Program-made: the position numbers and the translations under genes | The notes under the pieces: generated by a model | The model's input: only the letters and a program-made list of their open reading frames with translations | What the model was told of the DNA's origin: nothing | Databases searched by the model: none | Assembly (NCBI GenBank): GCA_050331455.1 | Contig: JBHJGV010000058.1 | Span: 7,324-71,323 of the forward strand | Direction of reading: 5' to 3' | From: Alphaproteobacteria bacterium | Lineage (GTDB): Bacteria > Pseudomonadota > Alphaproteobacteria > JAJFIK01 | DNA: 64,000 bases | Shown: positions 46,917 through 58,007 of the stretch, one piece after another | Position numbering within the stretch: position 1 is the first letter of the stretch | How the letters are laid out: every line of letters begins with the position of its first letter

Positions 46917-48281
46917 GTGCAGACCAGACTTCTCAAGACCTCCGACGATCCTGCGGCCGCACCGCCCGTCCACACGGGTCCCGCGCCGCGTCTGAAAGGG
47001 GCCTTGCGGCTCTATCCGGCCTTGAGCCACCTGCTCCTGCCGGCGGTGGGCTGGCATTTGCGCCGCCGGGCGGCCAAGGGCAAGGAACACGGCGGGCGTC
47101 TGGGCGAGCGGCGCGGCCTCGCCGCGGCACCCCGGCCTGACGGACCCCTCATCTGGGTGCACGCCGCCAGCATTGGCGAGGCCCTCTCCGTCCTTGCCCT
47201 GATCGAACGGCTGCTCGCTGAGGCGGCGGGGATGCATGTGCTCGTGACCACCGGCACGGTGACCTCGGCCGATATACTGGCCGAGCGGCTGCCATCCCGG
47301 GCGCGCCACCACTTCGTGCCCCTGGATCATCCCCGTTTCGTGGCCCGATTTCTCGATCACTGGCGGCCCGATCTGGCCCTGTGGGTCGAAAGTGAATTCT
47401 GGCCCAATCTGTTGCGCGGCACGGCGGCACGGCGCATTCCCACGGTCCTGGTGAATGCGCGCATTTCGGAGCGCTCTTTCCGCGGCTGGTCCCGCTTTCC
47501 CCGCAGCATCGAGGGGCTGTTGGGACACTTCACCCGCTGCCTTGCACCGGACGAGGCGACGGCCCAGCGTCTTACCGCCTTAGGCGCACGCCATGTCTCG
47601 GTGACGGGTCACCTGAAACTGTGCGCCCCGCCCCTTCCCGCGGATCCGACCCGTCTGCGGGATCTGCGCGCGGCCGTCGACGGCCGGCCGGTCTGGCTTG
47701 CCGCAAGCATCCACGGGGAGGACGAGGCCATTCTCACGGCCCATCGCATCGCCGCCGCCTCCCATGCCGACGCCCTGACCATTGCCGTGCCCCGCCAGCC
47801 GGACCAGGGCCCGGCCCTCGTGGCCGGTGCCGAACGGCTTGGCATCCGGGCGGCCTTGCGCAGCCGGGACGGTCTGCCCACCGGCGATACGGGCCTCTAT
47901 GTCGCGGACACGATCGGCGAGCTGGGCCTCTTCTACCGCCTGGCCCGGGCGGCTTTTCTGGGGCGTAGCCTCTCGCCGATGGGCGGGAGCAATCCCCTGG
48001 AGCCGGCGCGCCTCGATTGCCCGATCCTGCACGGGCCCCATACGGAGAATTTCGACGCGCTCTACCGGTCCCTGCAAGGTGCCGGGGCCTCCCACCCGGT
48101 GGCCGGCGGCGCGGAACTCGGCGAACGCATTGCGCTGCTGCTGTCCTCACCGGATCTTTGTCGCACCATGGCCGAGGCGGCCCGGAACCAGGCCCAGGCC
48201 GCCGACGGCATTCTGGACCGGGTCATGGAGGCCCTGGCCCCTTCTCTCCCCGCCGTCGTCTCCGGGGCAAGGGCACCATGA
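46917..48281 (+). CDS. waaA: 3-deoxy-D-manno-octulosonic acid (Kdo) transferase
   Basis: PLIWVHAASIGEALSVLALIERL ... GGSNPLEPARLDCPILHGPHTENF, typical of KdtA/WaaA. Confidence 0.85.
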   Translation: MQTRLLKTSDDPAAAPPVHTGPAPRLKGALRLYPALSHLLLPAVGWHLRRRAAKGKEHGGRLGERRGLAAAPRPDGPLIWVHAASIGEALSVLALIERLLAEAAGMHVLVTTGTVTSADILAERLPSRARHHFVPLDHPRFVARFLDHWRPDLALWVESEFWPNLLRGTAARRIPTVLVNARISERSFRGWSRFPRSIEGLLGHFTRCLAPDEATAQRLTALGARHVSVTGHLKLCAPPLPADPTRLRDLRAAVDGRPVWLAASIHGEDEAILTAHRIAAASHADALTIAVPRQPDQGPALVAGAERLGIRAALRSRDGLPTGDTGLYVADTIGELGLFYRLARAAFLGRSLSPMGGSNPLEPARLDCPILHGPHTENFDALYRSLQGAGASHPVAGGAELGERIALLLSSPDLCRTMAEAARNQAQAADGILDRVMEALAPSLPAVVSGARAP

Positions 48282-49309
48282 AGGCCCCGGATTTCTGGTA
48301 CCCGGCACCGCCGGCGCGCACCGGGGTCGCGGCGACGCTGCTCACGCCCCTGGGCTGGCTGTATGACGGCGCCGGACGGTTCAAGGCCCGCGTCACAAAG
48401 GCCTTCGATCCGGGCGTGCCCGTCATCTGTGTCGGAAACCTGACCGTCGGCGGCACCGGCAAGACCCCGGTGGCCCTAACCCTTGCCCGTTTTTTACAAG
48501 CTGAAGGCGCCCGGCCCTGGTTCCTGACCCGCGGTCACGGCGGACGCGAAGCCGGCCCCCTCCAGGTGGATCCGGCCCGGCACACCGCGATTGATGTGGG
48601 CGACGAACCGCTGCTGCTCGCCCGCACGGCCCCGACCGCCGTGTCCCGGAACCGGGCGGAAGGCGCCGGTTTCGCCGCGGCTCGAGGCGCCGATGTGATC
48701 GTGATGGATGACGGCTTCCAGAACCCGGGCGTGGCCAAGACCGTCAATCTCGTGGTTGTCGACGGCACCGCCCTGTTCGGCAATGGCCGGGTCGTGCCGG
48801 CCGGCCCGTTGCGCGAGGCGGTGGCCCACGGTCTTGCACGGGCCCATGGCGTGATCGTCATGGGGCCGGGCCGCCCGGACGAGGCTCTCGCCCCGTTCGC
48901 CGGACCGGTGTTCCGGGGCCGGCTCGAAGCCGAAAGGGACGCCGTCACGGATCTGCAGGCCCATCGCCATGTGGCCTTTGCGGGCATCGGACGGCCGACC
49001 AAGTTTTTCGCCACCGCCCGGGCCCTGGGTCTGACGCTGGTCGCGGACATTCCCTTTGCGGACCATCACCCGTATACACCGGAGGATTTCGCCCGGCTAC
49101 GGGCGGAAGCGGACCGGCTCGGGGCGGGGCTGCTGACCACGGAAAAGGATGCGGCCCGGCTGTCCCCCACCCAGCGCGCCGCCTTGCGCGTTTTGCCCGT
49201 GCGCGCCACATTTGACAACGAACCGGCGCTTCGGCGCCTGATTTCTGACCGGCTTGACGCCTATCGAACGCTTCAGGGGGACAGACCGGCGCGATCGGTC
49301 GGGTCTTGA
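48278..49309 (+). CDS. lpxK: Tetraacyldisaccharide 4'-kinase. The track ORF starts upstream at 48017.
   Basis: PVICVGNLTVGGTGKTPVALTLARFL P-loop. ATGA start/stop overlap with waaA. Confidence 0.85.
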   Translation: MKAPDFWYPAPPARTGVAATLLTPLGWLYDGAGRFKARVTKAFDPGVPVICVGNLTVGGTGKTPVALTLARFLQAEGARPWFLTRGHGGREAGPLQVDPARHTAIDVGDEPLLLARTAPTAVSRNRAEGAGFAAARGADVIVMDDGFQNPGVAKTVNLVVVDGTALFGNGRVVPAGPLREAVAHGLARAHGVIVMGPGRPDEALAPFAGPVFRGRLEAERDAVTDLQAHRHVAFAGIGRPTKFFATARALGLTLVADIPFADHHPYTPEDFARLRAEADRLGAGLLTTEKDAARLSPTQRAALRVLPVRATFDNEPALRRLISDRLDAYRTLQGDRPARSVGS

Positions 49310-50316
49310 GGGTTCCAACAACAATGACCGTTGAGTTTCCACCCAATACCACGGCCCGGACGGCGCGGAGCGAGGCCCGAACCGTGATCGATCCGCAGCC
49401 CCGGAGCGGGCTCGTCCGCACCGTTACGCGCGCGATCGGCCATGGCATCGACTACGCGCTGGTGCGCCTGACCATGGCCGCTTTCGGGATGATGAGCCCG
49501 GAAGCCGCAGGCGCCCGCTCCGCCCGCCTGATGGGGGCAATCGGGCCGCGCCTGTCCGTGCACAGAAAGGCTTTGAGGAACCTCGCCCGCGCCTTCCCCG
49601 ACCGGAGCGAGGCCGAGCGCCAGCGGATCATGGCCGGGGTCTGGGACAGTGTCGGGCGCACCTATGGGGAATATGCCCATCTCGGCCGGTTCGACTTTTT
49701 CGGCCCCAATCCCCGTGTCGAGATCATCGGCATGGACACGGTGGAGCGGCTCATCGCCTTGAACAAGGGTGGGCTGTTCCTGTCCGGCCATTTTGCAAAC
49801 TGGGAGTTGATGCCGCGGGCCATGGTGGCCGCGGGCCTGCCCTGCGCCACGATTGTCCGGCCCGTGAACAACGCGCTCGTTCAGGACTATCTCGACGGCA
49901 TCCGCCGGGCCCATGTCTGCCCGGACATGATCTACAAGCGCTCGGCCATGCCCCGGCTGGTCCGGGCCCTGAGGGCCGGCAAATTCGTCGCCATGCTGGT
50001 GGACCAGCGCATGGATGAGGGCATATCGGTGCCGTTTTTCGGCCAGCAAGCCCTGACCAACCATGCTCCGGCCCTGCTCGCCCTGAAACTGGGTTGCCCC
50101 CTCATTCCCGCCTGGATCGAGCGGACCGGTCCCGCCCGATATGCTCTCCACGTCTTCGAACCGCTGGAAATCGTTCCGAGCGGGGACGTCCAGGCCGATG
50201 TACTGGACATCACCACGCGGATGAACGCGTTCCTCGAAGACCGCATTCGCGCCCGCCCCGAACAGTGGATGTGGCTGCACAATCGTTGGGCCGGGCGGAA
50301 GAAAGTGAGCCGGTAG
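49306..50316 (+). CDS. Lipid A biosynthesis lauroyl/myristoyl acyltransferase (LpxL/HtrB family)
   Basis: FLSGHFANWELMPRAM (HX4E-like acyltransferase motif variant) ... AMLVDQRMDEGISVPFFGQQALTNHAPALLALK. Confidence 0.8.
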   Translation: MRVPTTMTVEFPPNTTARTARSEARTVIDPQPRSGLVRTVTRAIGHGIDYALVRLTMAAFGMMSPEAAGARSARLMGAIGPRLSVHRKALRNLARAFPDRSEAERQRIMAGVWDSVGRTYGEYAHLGRFDFFGPNPRVEIIGMDTVERLIALNKGGLFLSGHFANWELMPRAMVAAGLPCATIVRPVNNALVQDYLDGIRRAHVCPDMIYKRSAMPRLVRALRAGKFVAMLVDQRMDEGISVPFFGQQALTNHAPALLALKLGCPLIPAWIERTGPARYALHVFEPLEIVPSGDVQADVLDITTRMNAFLEDRIRARPEQWMWLHNRWAGRKKVSR

Positions 50317-50361
50317 GGGTCCGGTCGCGGGGCGGATGCGCGCGGCAGGCTTGGAAACCTC

Positions 50362-50395
50362 AAAAAAACCGGCGTCGTCAATACCACACGCCGGT
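50362..50395 (-). terminator. Rho-independent terminator of the M48 peptidase gene
   Basis: Minus-strand ACCGGCGT ... ACGCCGGT hairpin followed by TTTTTTT. Confidence 0.5.
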
Positions 50396-51352
50396 CCAGT
50401 GCCAACGGGGGGCGACGCGGACGATCCGGTAGCCGGGCGGGACGGGCGTGCCCATCGTCGCCGTGTCCAGACCAATCGGGATCGATGGGGCCGTGCGCTG
50501 GGGCAGGAGATCCATGAGGCGCCGGACCCGTTCCTGGGTGGGCGGATGGGTGCGCAGCAGGGAGGGATCGGGCACCCGGCGTCCCGGCATGAAGAGTCGC
50601 TCCCACATGCCGCCCTGGTAGTGCTCCAACTTGGTCAGGGCCGAGGCGAGCCCGCGCGGATTGCCCGTCAGTTCGGCCGCCTTAAGATCCGCATCATATT
50701 CGCGGGATCGGGACAGGCCGAGCTGCAACAGCGTCATGACCGTGGGTGCGAAAACGAGCACGAAGGCAAAGGACCAGGAGCCCGGCGCCATGCCGAGCAG
50801 GATCAGCGGCAGATTGATGAAAATGATGACGAGCCCGACAAAGGACAGCAGATTGGTCATCCGGCTGAGGGAATCCGCCAAGGTCATCGTCCACAGATCA
50901 TTGTGGGCGATATGGGCGACCTCATGGGCCATGACGCCCGCGAACTCGTCATAGGTCAGTGTCCGCAGCATTCCGTCCGTCACGGCGATGGCCGCATTGC
51001 CCGGCCGGCCCACCGTGAAGGCGTTCAGCATAGGGCTGGGCACGTGGTAGAGCGCCGGGATGGCCGGCAGCGCCGCCCGGGCCGCGAGCTGACGCACCAG
51101 GGCATGGCCCTGGGGAAAGGAGTGCTCCGGAATGGTCCGGGCCCGGTAAAGGGCGAGGGTCACCTCGGGCGGCAGGCTCGGAGAGAGGATCACGACGAGG
51201 CTGAAACCCACGGCTGCCCAGAAGACCCCCGCCGCGCCGAACACGATGAAGGCGGACAGCATGGCGAGGCCCACCATGCCGATAATGAGCACCACGGATT
51301 GCCCGATATTGCGCCACCGGCTGGGCTGAACCATTATACTTTTCCCGCTCAA
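50378..51352 (-). CDS. M48-family zinc metalloprotease (HtpX-like)
   Basis: HEVAHIAHND (HExxH) with flanking TM helices. Confidence 0.8.
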   Translation of the reverse strand: MSGKSIMVQPSRWRNIGQSVVLIIGMVGLAMLSAFIVFGAAGVFWAAVGFSLVVILSPSLPPEVTLALYRARTIPEHSFPQGHALVRQLAARAALPAIPALYHVPSPMLNAFTVGRPGNAAIAVTDGMLRTLTYDEFAGVMAHEVAHIAHNDLWTMTLADSLSRMTNLLSFVGLVIIFINLPLILLGMAPGSWSFAFVLVFAPTVMTLLQLGLSRSREYDADLKAAELTGNPRGLASALTKLEHYQGGMWERLFMPGRRVPDPSLLRTHPPTQERVRRLMDLLPQRTAPSIPIGLDTATMGTPVPPGYRIVRVAPRWHWTGVWY

Positions 51353-51412
51353 GAGAAACGGACAGGCTGATGGGGCGCCGGGAGCGATTCCCCCCGGCGC
51401 ACGCCCCTGTGA

Positions 51413-53758
51413 TCACGTCGGGATGGCGGCCTTGACGGCCTCGGGCCGAATGGGGAGATCCCGCACCCGGGCGCCGACGGCGTTGAACACCGCATTGGCG
51501 ATGGCCGGCGCCACAACGGACAGTGGCGGCTCGCCCATGCCCACCGGCATTTCCGTGTTCTCGATAAAGGCGATTTCCAGTTCCGGCACCTGGTTCATGC
51601 GCAGGGGCGTGTAGCGATCGAGGTTGCGGGCTTCGACCTGTCCGTCCACGAAGCGTGTGCCCTCATGAAGCACGTGGCTGAGGCCCCACAGGGTGGCCCC
51701 CTCGGCCTGGGCCAGGGCGCCGTCGGGATGGACAAGCGTGCCGGCATCGACCGCCGACCAGAGCTTTTCAACCGTGACCGCGCCGCTGTCCCGGTCCACC
51801 TTCACCTTGGCGCAGCAGGCCGTCCAGGTCGGCATGGTCCGCTCCTGTCCGAAGGAACTGGCGACGCCCATGCCCGTATCGGCGGGCAGATCGGCCGATC
51901 CGTAGCCGGACATCTCCATGACCTTGCGCAGCACCGCGGCCTGGCGTGCCGCACCGCCCACACTGTTGGGCGCCGAGCCGGCCTGACGGCCTTCGGCATC
52001 GAGCAGCGCGAGGCGGAATGCGGCCGGATCGACGCCGGCGGCATGGGCGGCCTCATCCATAAAGGATTCCACGGCCCAGGTCGTCCAACCCGGCCCGACG
52101 GCCCGCCACCAGCCCGGCAGGAAGGTGCGGTTCGCCAGATCATTGGTGATCGCCCGGACCCGATGGGCGTTGACGCTGTACCAGTGATCGGCGCCATTGA
52201 TCGAGAAGGTATCGACCTGACCTTCCGTACCGTCCGTGGACGGCGCCAGGAAAAAGGAGGCCATGTTGAGGGTCGGCCAGCCCGCGCAGGCATTGTGTTC
52301 CATGCCGACCGGCTTGCCCTCGCCGTCGAGCCCCATGCGGAGCGTCTGGACCGAGGGCGAGCGGACGCAGTCGAACCGGGAATCGTCTTCCCGGGTAAAG
52401 ACCATTTTCACCGGTATGCCGAGGGCCTTCGAGGTCAGGGCCGCCGGCACCATATAGTCTCCGTAGAGACGACGCCCGAAGCCGCCGCCCAAGCTGTAGG
52501 TATGAAGAACGATTTTATCCTCGCCCACCTCCAGCGCCTTGGCCAGAACGGGCAGGATGAGGGACTGCCACTGATTGCCCGAATGGACGTGCCAGACGCC
52601 CTCTTCGTCCTGGGTGGCGAGGGCATTCACCGGCTCGAGATGGAAATGGAGCATCGTGCCGGTGGTGTAGGTGGCCTCGACCAGGCTCGCGGCATTGGAC
52701 AGGGCCGCATCCGTATCGCCTTCATCCACCCAAAGCGCGCCTTCGGTGCCCTCGTCGGCCAATTTGCGGCCCACGGCGAGGATGTCCTCCTCGGTCACTT
52801 CGGCGGTCTCGCCGGGTGTCCAGTCCACCGTGATCGCGTCGGCGGCCTTGCTGGCGGCGGCGAAACTGTCTGCGATCACAGCGACCCAGCCCTGGCACGT
52901 GCCGCTGGGGTCCTTGATCTCGATGGCTTGGCGATAGCCGGGCACGGACTGCGCCCCGGTGTCGTCGATGCCGTTGACCGTCGAGCCGTACCGGGTCGGC
53001 GGCAGGAGGGGCCGGGCATAGACCATGCCGGGCAGCTCCGCGTCGATGCCGTAAACGGCCTCGCCCCGGGTCTTGGCGGGAATGTCGAGGGCCTTGGCCG
53101 GCTTGCCCAGGAGCCGCCGTTCGGAGGGATCCTTGAGCGGCAGAGCCTCAAGATCCTCCGGCGAGAAGGTCCGGTCGATCGTCCCGCTGGAGATGATCTC
53201 GGCATAGGTCACGGATTGGTCGCCCGCCGAAACGACGCCGTTGCGCGCTGTACACTGATCGGGTGCCACGCCCATCATGGCCGCGCCAGCCTCGATGAGC
53301 GCGATGCGGCCCGCGGCACCGGCCTGACTGAGCTGCATGAATGTGGTGTGCACGGACCAGCTTCCGCCCGTGACCATCAGACCCCATTTGGGATCGGTGT
53401 TCACATGGTCGAGGCGCACCTGCTCCCAGTCCACCTCAAGCTCGTCCGCGACGACGCGGGCAAGCGCGGTGCCCACATGCTGGCCCATCTCGGCCTTGGT
53501 GATGTGGACCGTGGTCACACCGTCCGGATCCATCTTGAACCAGATGGTGGGCTCGAAGGCCTGGGCCTCGATCTGGGCGGCGGCGGTCTGCGGAGCGGGC
53601 GCGGGGTCGGCCGGCTCGGCGGGCGCCTCGGTTGCGGTCTGGCTGTCGCAGCCGGCGAAAGCCATGACGAGGCCGGCGCTGGTGCTCCCGACCAGAAAGC
53701 GCCGGCGCGTGGTGCTTTGCGCGGCGATCATCGTGCTCAGCTTACCCATTGGTCGCAC
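51413..53758 (-). CDS. Xanthine dehydrogenase/aldehyde oxidase family molybdopterin-binding subunit (IorB-like) with Tat signal
   Basis: [22 protein letters not shown] twin-arginine signal. Large MoCo-binding domain colinear with isoquinoline oxidoreductase beta subunit. Confidence 0.85.
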   Translation of the reverse strand: MRPMGKLSTMIAAQSTTRRRFLVGSTSAGLVMAFAGCDSQTATEAPAEPADPAPAPQTAAAQIEAQAFEPTIWFKMDPDGVTTVHITKAEMGQHVGTALARVVADELEVDWEQVRLDHVNTDPKWGLMVTGGSWSVHTTFMQLSQAGAAGRIALIEAGAAMMGVAPDQCTARNGVVSAGDQSVTYAEIISSGTIDRTFSPEDLEALPLKDPSERRLLGKPAKALDIPAKTRGEAVYGIDAELPGMVYARPLLPPTRYGSTVNGIDDTGAQSVPGYRQAIEIKDPSGTCQGWVAVIADSFAAASKAADAITVDWTPGETAEVTEEDILAVGRKLADEGTEGALWVDEGDTDAALSNAASLVEATYTTGTMLHFHLEPVNALATQDEEGVWHVHSGNQWQSLILPVLAKALEVGEDKIVLHTYSLGGGFGRRLYGDYMVPAALTSKALGIPVKMVFTREDDSRFDCVRSPSVQTLRMGLDGEGKPVGMEHNACAGWPTLNMASFFLAPSTDGTEGQVDTFSINGADHWYSVNAHRVRAITNDLANRTFLPGWWRAVGPGWTTWAVESFMDEAAHAAGVDPAAFRLALLDAEGRQAGSAPNSVGGAARQAAVLRKVMEMSGYGSADLPADTGMGVASSFGQERTMPTWTACCAKVKVDRDSGAVTVEKLWSAVDAGTLVHPDGALAQAEGATLWGLSHVLHEGTRFVDGQVEARNLDRYTPLRMNQVPELEIAFIENTEMPVGMGEPPLSVVAPAIANAVFNAVGARVRDLPIRPEAVKAAIPT

Positions 53759-54218
53759 CCTCCGTGCCCATGGCGGTCGCCGCCTTTTTGATGGCGCGCT
53801 TGATCCGCAAATAGGCCATGCAGCGGCACAGATTGCCGCTCATGGCCGCCGTGATGTCCTCTTCGGACGGCTCGGGAACATCGGCGAGCAGGCTCGCGGC
53901 CTGCATGATCTGGCCGGACTGGCAGTAGCCGCATTGCGGCACCTGTTCCTCGACCCAGGCGGTCTGGAGGGGGTGAGGGCCGTTCTCCGTGAGCCCTTCG
54001 ATGGTTGTGACCTTGGCCTCGCCCACATCGCCGATCTGGGTGTTGCAGGAGCGCACTGCCACGCCGTCCAGATGGACGGTGCAGGCGCCGCATTGGGCGA
54101 TACCGCAGCCGAATTTCGTTCCCTTAAGGTCCAATTCGTCCCGGATCACCCACAACAGTGGCGTGTCCGGCGGACTTTTGACGGTGACCTCTTGTCCGTT
54201 CACGGTCAGGACAATCAT
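53742..54218 (-). CDS. (2Fe-2S)-binding small subunit (IorA-like)
   Basis: [15 protein letters not shown] and CGYCQSG ... NLCRCMAY, the two [2Fe-2S] cysteine clusters. Overlaps the downstream large-subunit ORF. Confidence 0.85.
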   Translation of the reverse strand: MIVLTVNGQEVTVKSPPDTPLLWVIRDELDLKGTKFGCGIAQCGACTVHLDGVAVRSCNTQIGDVGEAKVTTIEGLTENGPHPLQTAWVEEQVPQCGYCQSGQIMQAASLLADVPEPSEEDITAAMSGNLCRCMAYLRIKRAIKKAATAMGTEGATNG

Positions 54219-54422
54219 GGTGCGGCGCCTCCTTGACTTATGGGCTCGGATGGAAACCCTCTTGCACGGGGATGACGAGCCGGTTGGCCGGCCGGAAGAT
54301 CCCGCCGGCCCGGCATGGCGCGGCAGGGGTTAAAACGCGGTCCACATGCTGCCCGCAGAGTGCGCTCTTCCTGGAGGCGAGGCAACCCGCAGCCAGGATC
54401 TGCGCGCGGACAAGGACGTCCC

Positions 54423-55193
54423 ATGACGACACAGACCCTGAGACTGGCGCGCGGCGCGGATGACGAGCCGGAAATCTTCCTGTCCGTTCAAGGCGAAGGG
54501 GCCCGCATGGGCCATCTGCGCGCCTTCATCCGCCTGTCGGGCTGCAACCTTCATTGCGCCTGGTGCGACACGCCCTATACCTGGAATTGGACCGAAACGG
54601 ACTTTCCGCATGCCGGAGATCGCCCCGGCGCCCCCAACAAGTTTTCCATGAAAGAGGAGACCCGGGTCCTCGCCGTGCCGGTGGCCGCCGCACGACTGCT
54701 GGCCCTCGATGCCCCCGGCCTCGTGATCACCGGCGGCGAGCCCATCATCCAGCAGCGCGGGGTGGAAAGCCTGATCCGGGCCGTGCGCGGCACCCGGCCG
54801 GACCTGTTCGTGGAGATCGAGACCAACGGCACCCTGGCCCCGTCGGACGCGCTCATGGAGGCGGTCGATCAGTTCAATGTGTCGCCGAAACTGGCACATT
54901 CTGGAAATGATCTGGGGGCCGCCCTACAGCCCGAGGTGTTGGCGCGTTACGCCCGCACGCCCAAGGCCGTCTTCAAATTCGTGGCAACCGGGCCCGGCGA
55001 CCTGGAGGCCATCGGCGACCTCACGGCGGCCCTCGGCCTGCCCGGCACCCGGGTCTATGTCATGCCGGAGGGGACCACGTCGGATGCCTTGCGGGACCGG
55101 GCCCGCGACCTGATCGATCCGGTGATCGCCCGCGGCTGGGGCTTCTCGGACCGCCTGCACATCCATCTCTATGGCGACAAGCGCTCGACCTGA
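54423..55193 (+). CDS. queE: 7-carboxy-7-deazaguanine synthase (radical SAM). The track ORF starts at 54315.
   Basis: EIFLSVQGEGARMGHLRAFIRLSGCNLHCAWCDTPYTW: CxxxCxxC radical-SAM motif in QueE context. Confidence 0.85.
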   Translation: MTTQTLRLARGADDEPEIFLSVQGEGARMGHLRAFIRLSGCNLHCAWCDTPYTWNWTETDFPHAGDRPGAPNKFSMKEETRVLAVPVAAARLLALDAPGLVITGGEPIIQQRGVESLIRAVRGTRPDLFVEIETNGTLAPSDALMEAVDQFNVSPKLAHSGNDLGAALQPEVLARYARTPKAVFKFVATGPGDLEAIGDLTAALGLPGTRVYVMPEGTTSDALRDRARDLIDPVIARGWGFSDRLHIHLYGDKRST

Positions 55194-55214
55194 CGAGACC
55201 CGCGCCTGGCTTGG

Positions 55215-56435
55215 TCAATCCGTAATGGCCGAATAGACCAGAGTGCGCAGCTGGCGGCGGATGTTGTAGAGCGTCGAAGGAATGAGCTGGGTCATGAAGA
55301 CCACGATCAGCGCCTCCCGGGGATCGACCCAGAAGGCCGTGCTGGCAAGCCCGCCCCAGGAGAATTCGCCCACGGACCCCGGCAGCATGGCCGCGGCCGG
55401 ATCGGTCGTGACCGATACGCCGAGGCCGAAGCCGACACCGGCAAAAGCGCCTTCGGCAAACAGGGAAACGGACAGATCGTCCAGGGTCTTGCCGCCCGGC
55501 AAATGATTCGCGGTCATCAGTTCGATGGTCTTGGGGCTGAGCACCTGGCGCCCGTTCGCCCGCCCACCGTCGAGCAGCATGCGGCAAAAGGCGAGATAGT
55601 CGGTCGCCGTCGAGACGAGACCGCCGCCGCCGGCGAGCAGGCTGGGCATGGTCCGATAGGGGCTCGTCTCCGGCGCATCGTAGAGCGCAAGGCGCTCATC
55701 GGGCCGGGCCTCGTAGCAGGCGGCGAACCGGGCGAGCTTGTCGTCCGGCACCATGAAGGCCGTATCGTCCATGCCGAGCGGCTCGAAAATCCGCTCCCGG
55801 AAGAACACGTCGAGCGGCTTGCCCGAAATGCTTTGAACGAGGAAGCCGAGGACATCGGTGGAGACGGAATAGTTCCAATTGGTGCCGGGCGAGAACTCCA
55901 GGGGCAGGGTCGCAAGATCCGCCACCATGCTTTCAAGTGTTCCATCGAACGTCACCGTACCAACCTTCAGTGCACGATAGGCCGCATCCACATTGGTCCG
56001 GTTCTGGAACCCGTAGGTCAGACCGGAGGTGTGGCGGAACAGATCGATCACCCGCATGGGCCGGTCGGGGCGGCGCACTTGGAACTGGGGATGGAGGCCC
56101 GCCTGATAGACACCCAGGCCGCGCCATTCCGGAATGAAGCGGTGCACGGGATCATCAAGGGCGATGAGGCCTTCCTCCACCAGCATCAGGGCCGCGACCG
56201 CCGTGATCGGCTTGGTCATGGAATAGATGCGGAAAATGGTGTCCTGCTCCACCGGCAGACCCTGCGCCAGATCCCGTTTGCCCAGGGGCGATAGATGGGC
56301 CACGACGCCCCGGCGCGCGACCACCGTGAGCGCTCCCGGCAGCAGCCCCGCGTCGATGTAATTTTCCTGGAGGAACCGGTCGATATGGGCAAGCCGTTCC
56401 GGCGACAGGCCGGCACCTTTGGGATCGGTCAGCAT
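55215..56435 (-). CDS. Serine hydrolase, beta-lactamase/esterase (class C fold) family
   Basis: FRIYSMTKPITAVAALMLVEEG contains the S-x-x-K motif. Confidence 0.8.
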   Translation of the reverse strand: MLTDPKGAGLSPERLAHIDRFLQENYIDAGLLPGALTVVARRGVVAHLSPLGKRDLAQGLPVEQDTIFRIYSMTKPITAVAALMLVEEGLIALDDPVHRFIPEWRGLGVYQAGLHPQFQVRRPDRPMRVIDLFRHTSGLTYGFQNRTNVDAAYRALKVGTVTFDGTLESMVADLATLPLEFSPGTNWNYSVSTDVLGFLVQSISGKPLDVFFRERIFEPLGMDDTAFMVPDDKLARFAACYEARPDERLALYDAPETSPYRTMPSLLAGGGGLVSTATDYLAFCRMLLDGGRANGRQVLSPKTIELMTANHLPGGKTLDDLSVSLFAEGAFAGVGFGLGVSVTTDPAAAMLPGSVGEFSWGGLASTAFWVDPREALIVVFMTQLIPSTLYNIRRQLRTLVYSAITD

Positions 56436-56489
56436 GGGTCCTCTCTCTTCACGGGTCGGTCGCCTGGGGATCGCCGGCCGCGGCGGCGT

Positions 56490-58007
56490 CTATCCCGCGC
56501 CATCCGGGTCAACCGCCAGGGCGTGCTTGATCACCTTACCGGAGGCCGTGCGCGGAAAATCCACCACGAACACGAACTGCTTGGGGACCTTATAGGCCGC
56601 CAGACGCGCCCGGGCAAAGGCGGCAAGGTCCGCCGCATCCGGGCAGTGCCCCGGCCGCGGCAGAATATGGGCCTCGCCCACCTCGCCCCATTGGGCATCG
56701 GGCACGCCGATCACCGCGGCTTCCAGCACGTCCGGATGGCTGTTGAGGACCTCCTCCACCTCGGCCGGATACACATTTTCCCCGCCAGAGATGTACATGT
56801 CCTTCGAGCGCCCGACGATGAAATGGTCCCCGTCCCCATCGCGCAGAACAAGATCGCCGGTGCGCAGCCAGCCGTCGGGCGTAATCGCCCGGGCGGTCTC
56901 TTCGGGCCGGTTCCAATAGCCGGGGGTGACCGCAGGGCCCGCCACGAGCAGTTCGCCCGCGACGCCGTCGGGCACCGCCTGCCCCGCGCCATCGACGATC
57001 CGTGCAGAAACGAGCAATTGGGCCCGACCCGCGCAACCCGGCTTGGCGGCCATGGTCTCGGGCGTGGCGAAAAAGCAGGTGGGTCCCGTTTCGGTCATGC
57101 CATAGCCGTTGATGACCATGGCGCCCCGTTCGGCAAAACGGGCGGCCATGGCCGTGGGCATGGGCGCACCGCCGCAGCCCAGGCTGCGGATCTTCGAGAA
57201 ATCGAGCGTTTCGAACCGGGGATGGAGGCTGAGGGCCTGATAGACCTGGGGCACGGCAAAAAAGGTGTCGATGCGCCCGGCCTCCAGCAGGCCCAGGACC
57301 CGGTCCACATCGAATCCGGGCAATATGACCGTCCGCCCACCGCCCATCAGTGTGGGAAGGGTGTAAAGATTGATCCCGGCGGTATGGAACAGGGGCAGAT
57401 AATTGAGCGTCGTGTCGTCGGCGCTCAGGCCCGCCGCCTGGACCGTGTTCACATAATTGGCGAGCGCCATGCCGTAGGTCTGGATGACCGCTTTCGGCCG
57501 GCCCGTGGTTCCAGAGGTGTATAAAAGGTACCAGCAGTCCTCCACGGGCCAGTGGCTGCGTCCGGCCAGCGGCGCCGCCCGGTCCATGCGGGCCTCATAA
57601 CCGTCCGCCCCCCCATCATCGAGGGCAAGACGGGCGGGCAGGGCCGCGGCCAGGGCGCCCATGGTTTCGGCGTCCTCCGCCCCGAACACCAGGAGCGCCG
57701 GCGTGCAGTCCGCCAAAAGGCCGTCGAGTTCGGCCGGCGGCATGCGCCAGTTCAGCGGCACGAAGATCGCGCCGATCCGGGCACAGCCCATCATCACCTC
57801 GAAAAAGGCCACCCGGTTGCGGCACAACACGGCGACCCGCGCCCCCGGCTCGACGCCGCACGCCGTCAACACGGCCGCGGCCCGGGCGGACCGGTCTTCG
57901 AAGGCGGCATAGCTCCAGGTCCGACCCGTCAGGCCGTCCTCAAAGGCAATCCGCTCGGGCCCCAGCAGGGCGCGTCGCGCCGGAATGTCGGGCAAGGCGT
58001 GTCTCAT
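56490..58007 (-). CDS. AMP-dependent synthetase/ligase (acyl-CoA synthetase family). The track ORF extends to 58133.
   Basis: LLYTSGTTGRPKAV AMP-binding motif. AAGGAG RBS before the ATG. Confidence 0.85.
   Translation of the reverse strand: MRHALPDIPARRALLGPERIAFEDGLTGRTWSYAAFEDRSARAAAVLTACGVEPGARVAVLCRNRVAFFEVMMGCARIGAIFVPLNWRMPPAELDGLLADCTPALLVFGAEDAETMGALAAALPARLALDDGGADGYEARMDRAAPLAGRSHWPVEDCWYLLYTSGTTGRPKAVIQTYGMALANYVNTVQAAGLSADDTTLNYLPLFHTAGINLYTLPTLMGGGRTVILPGFDVDRVLGLLEAGRIDTFFAVPQVYQALSLHPRFETLDFSKIRSLGCGGAPMPTAMAARFAERGAMVINGYGMTETGPTCFFATPETMAAKPGCAGRAQLLVSARIVDGAGQAVPDGVAGELLVAGPAVTPGYWNRPEETARAITPDGWLRTGDLVLRDGDGDHFIVGRSKDMYISGGENVYPAEVEEVLNSHPDVLEAAVIGVPDAQWGEVGEAHILPRPGHCPDAADLAAFARARLAAYKVPKQFVFVVDFPRTASGKVIKHALAVDPDGAG

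Noticed and set aside
51665-53791. 708-aa ORF on the plus strand
   Set aside because: Antisense shadow of the molybdopterin-subunit gene.
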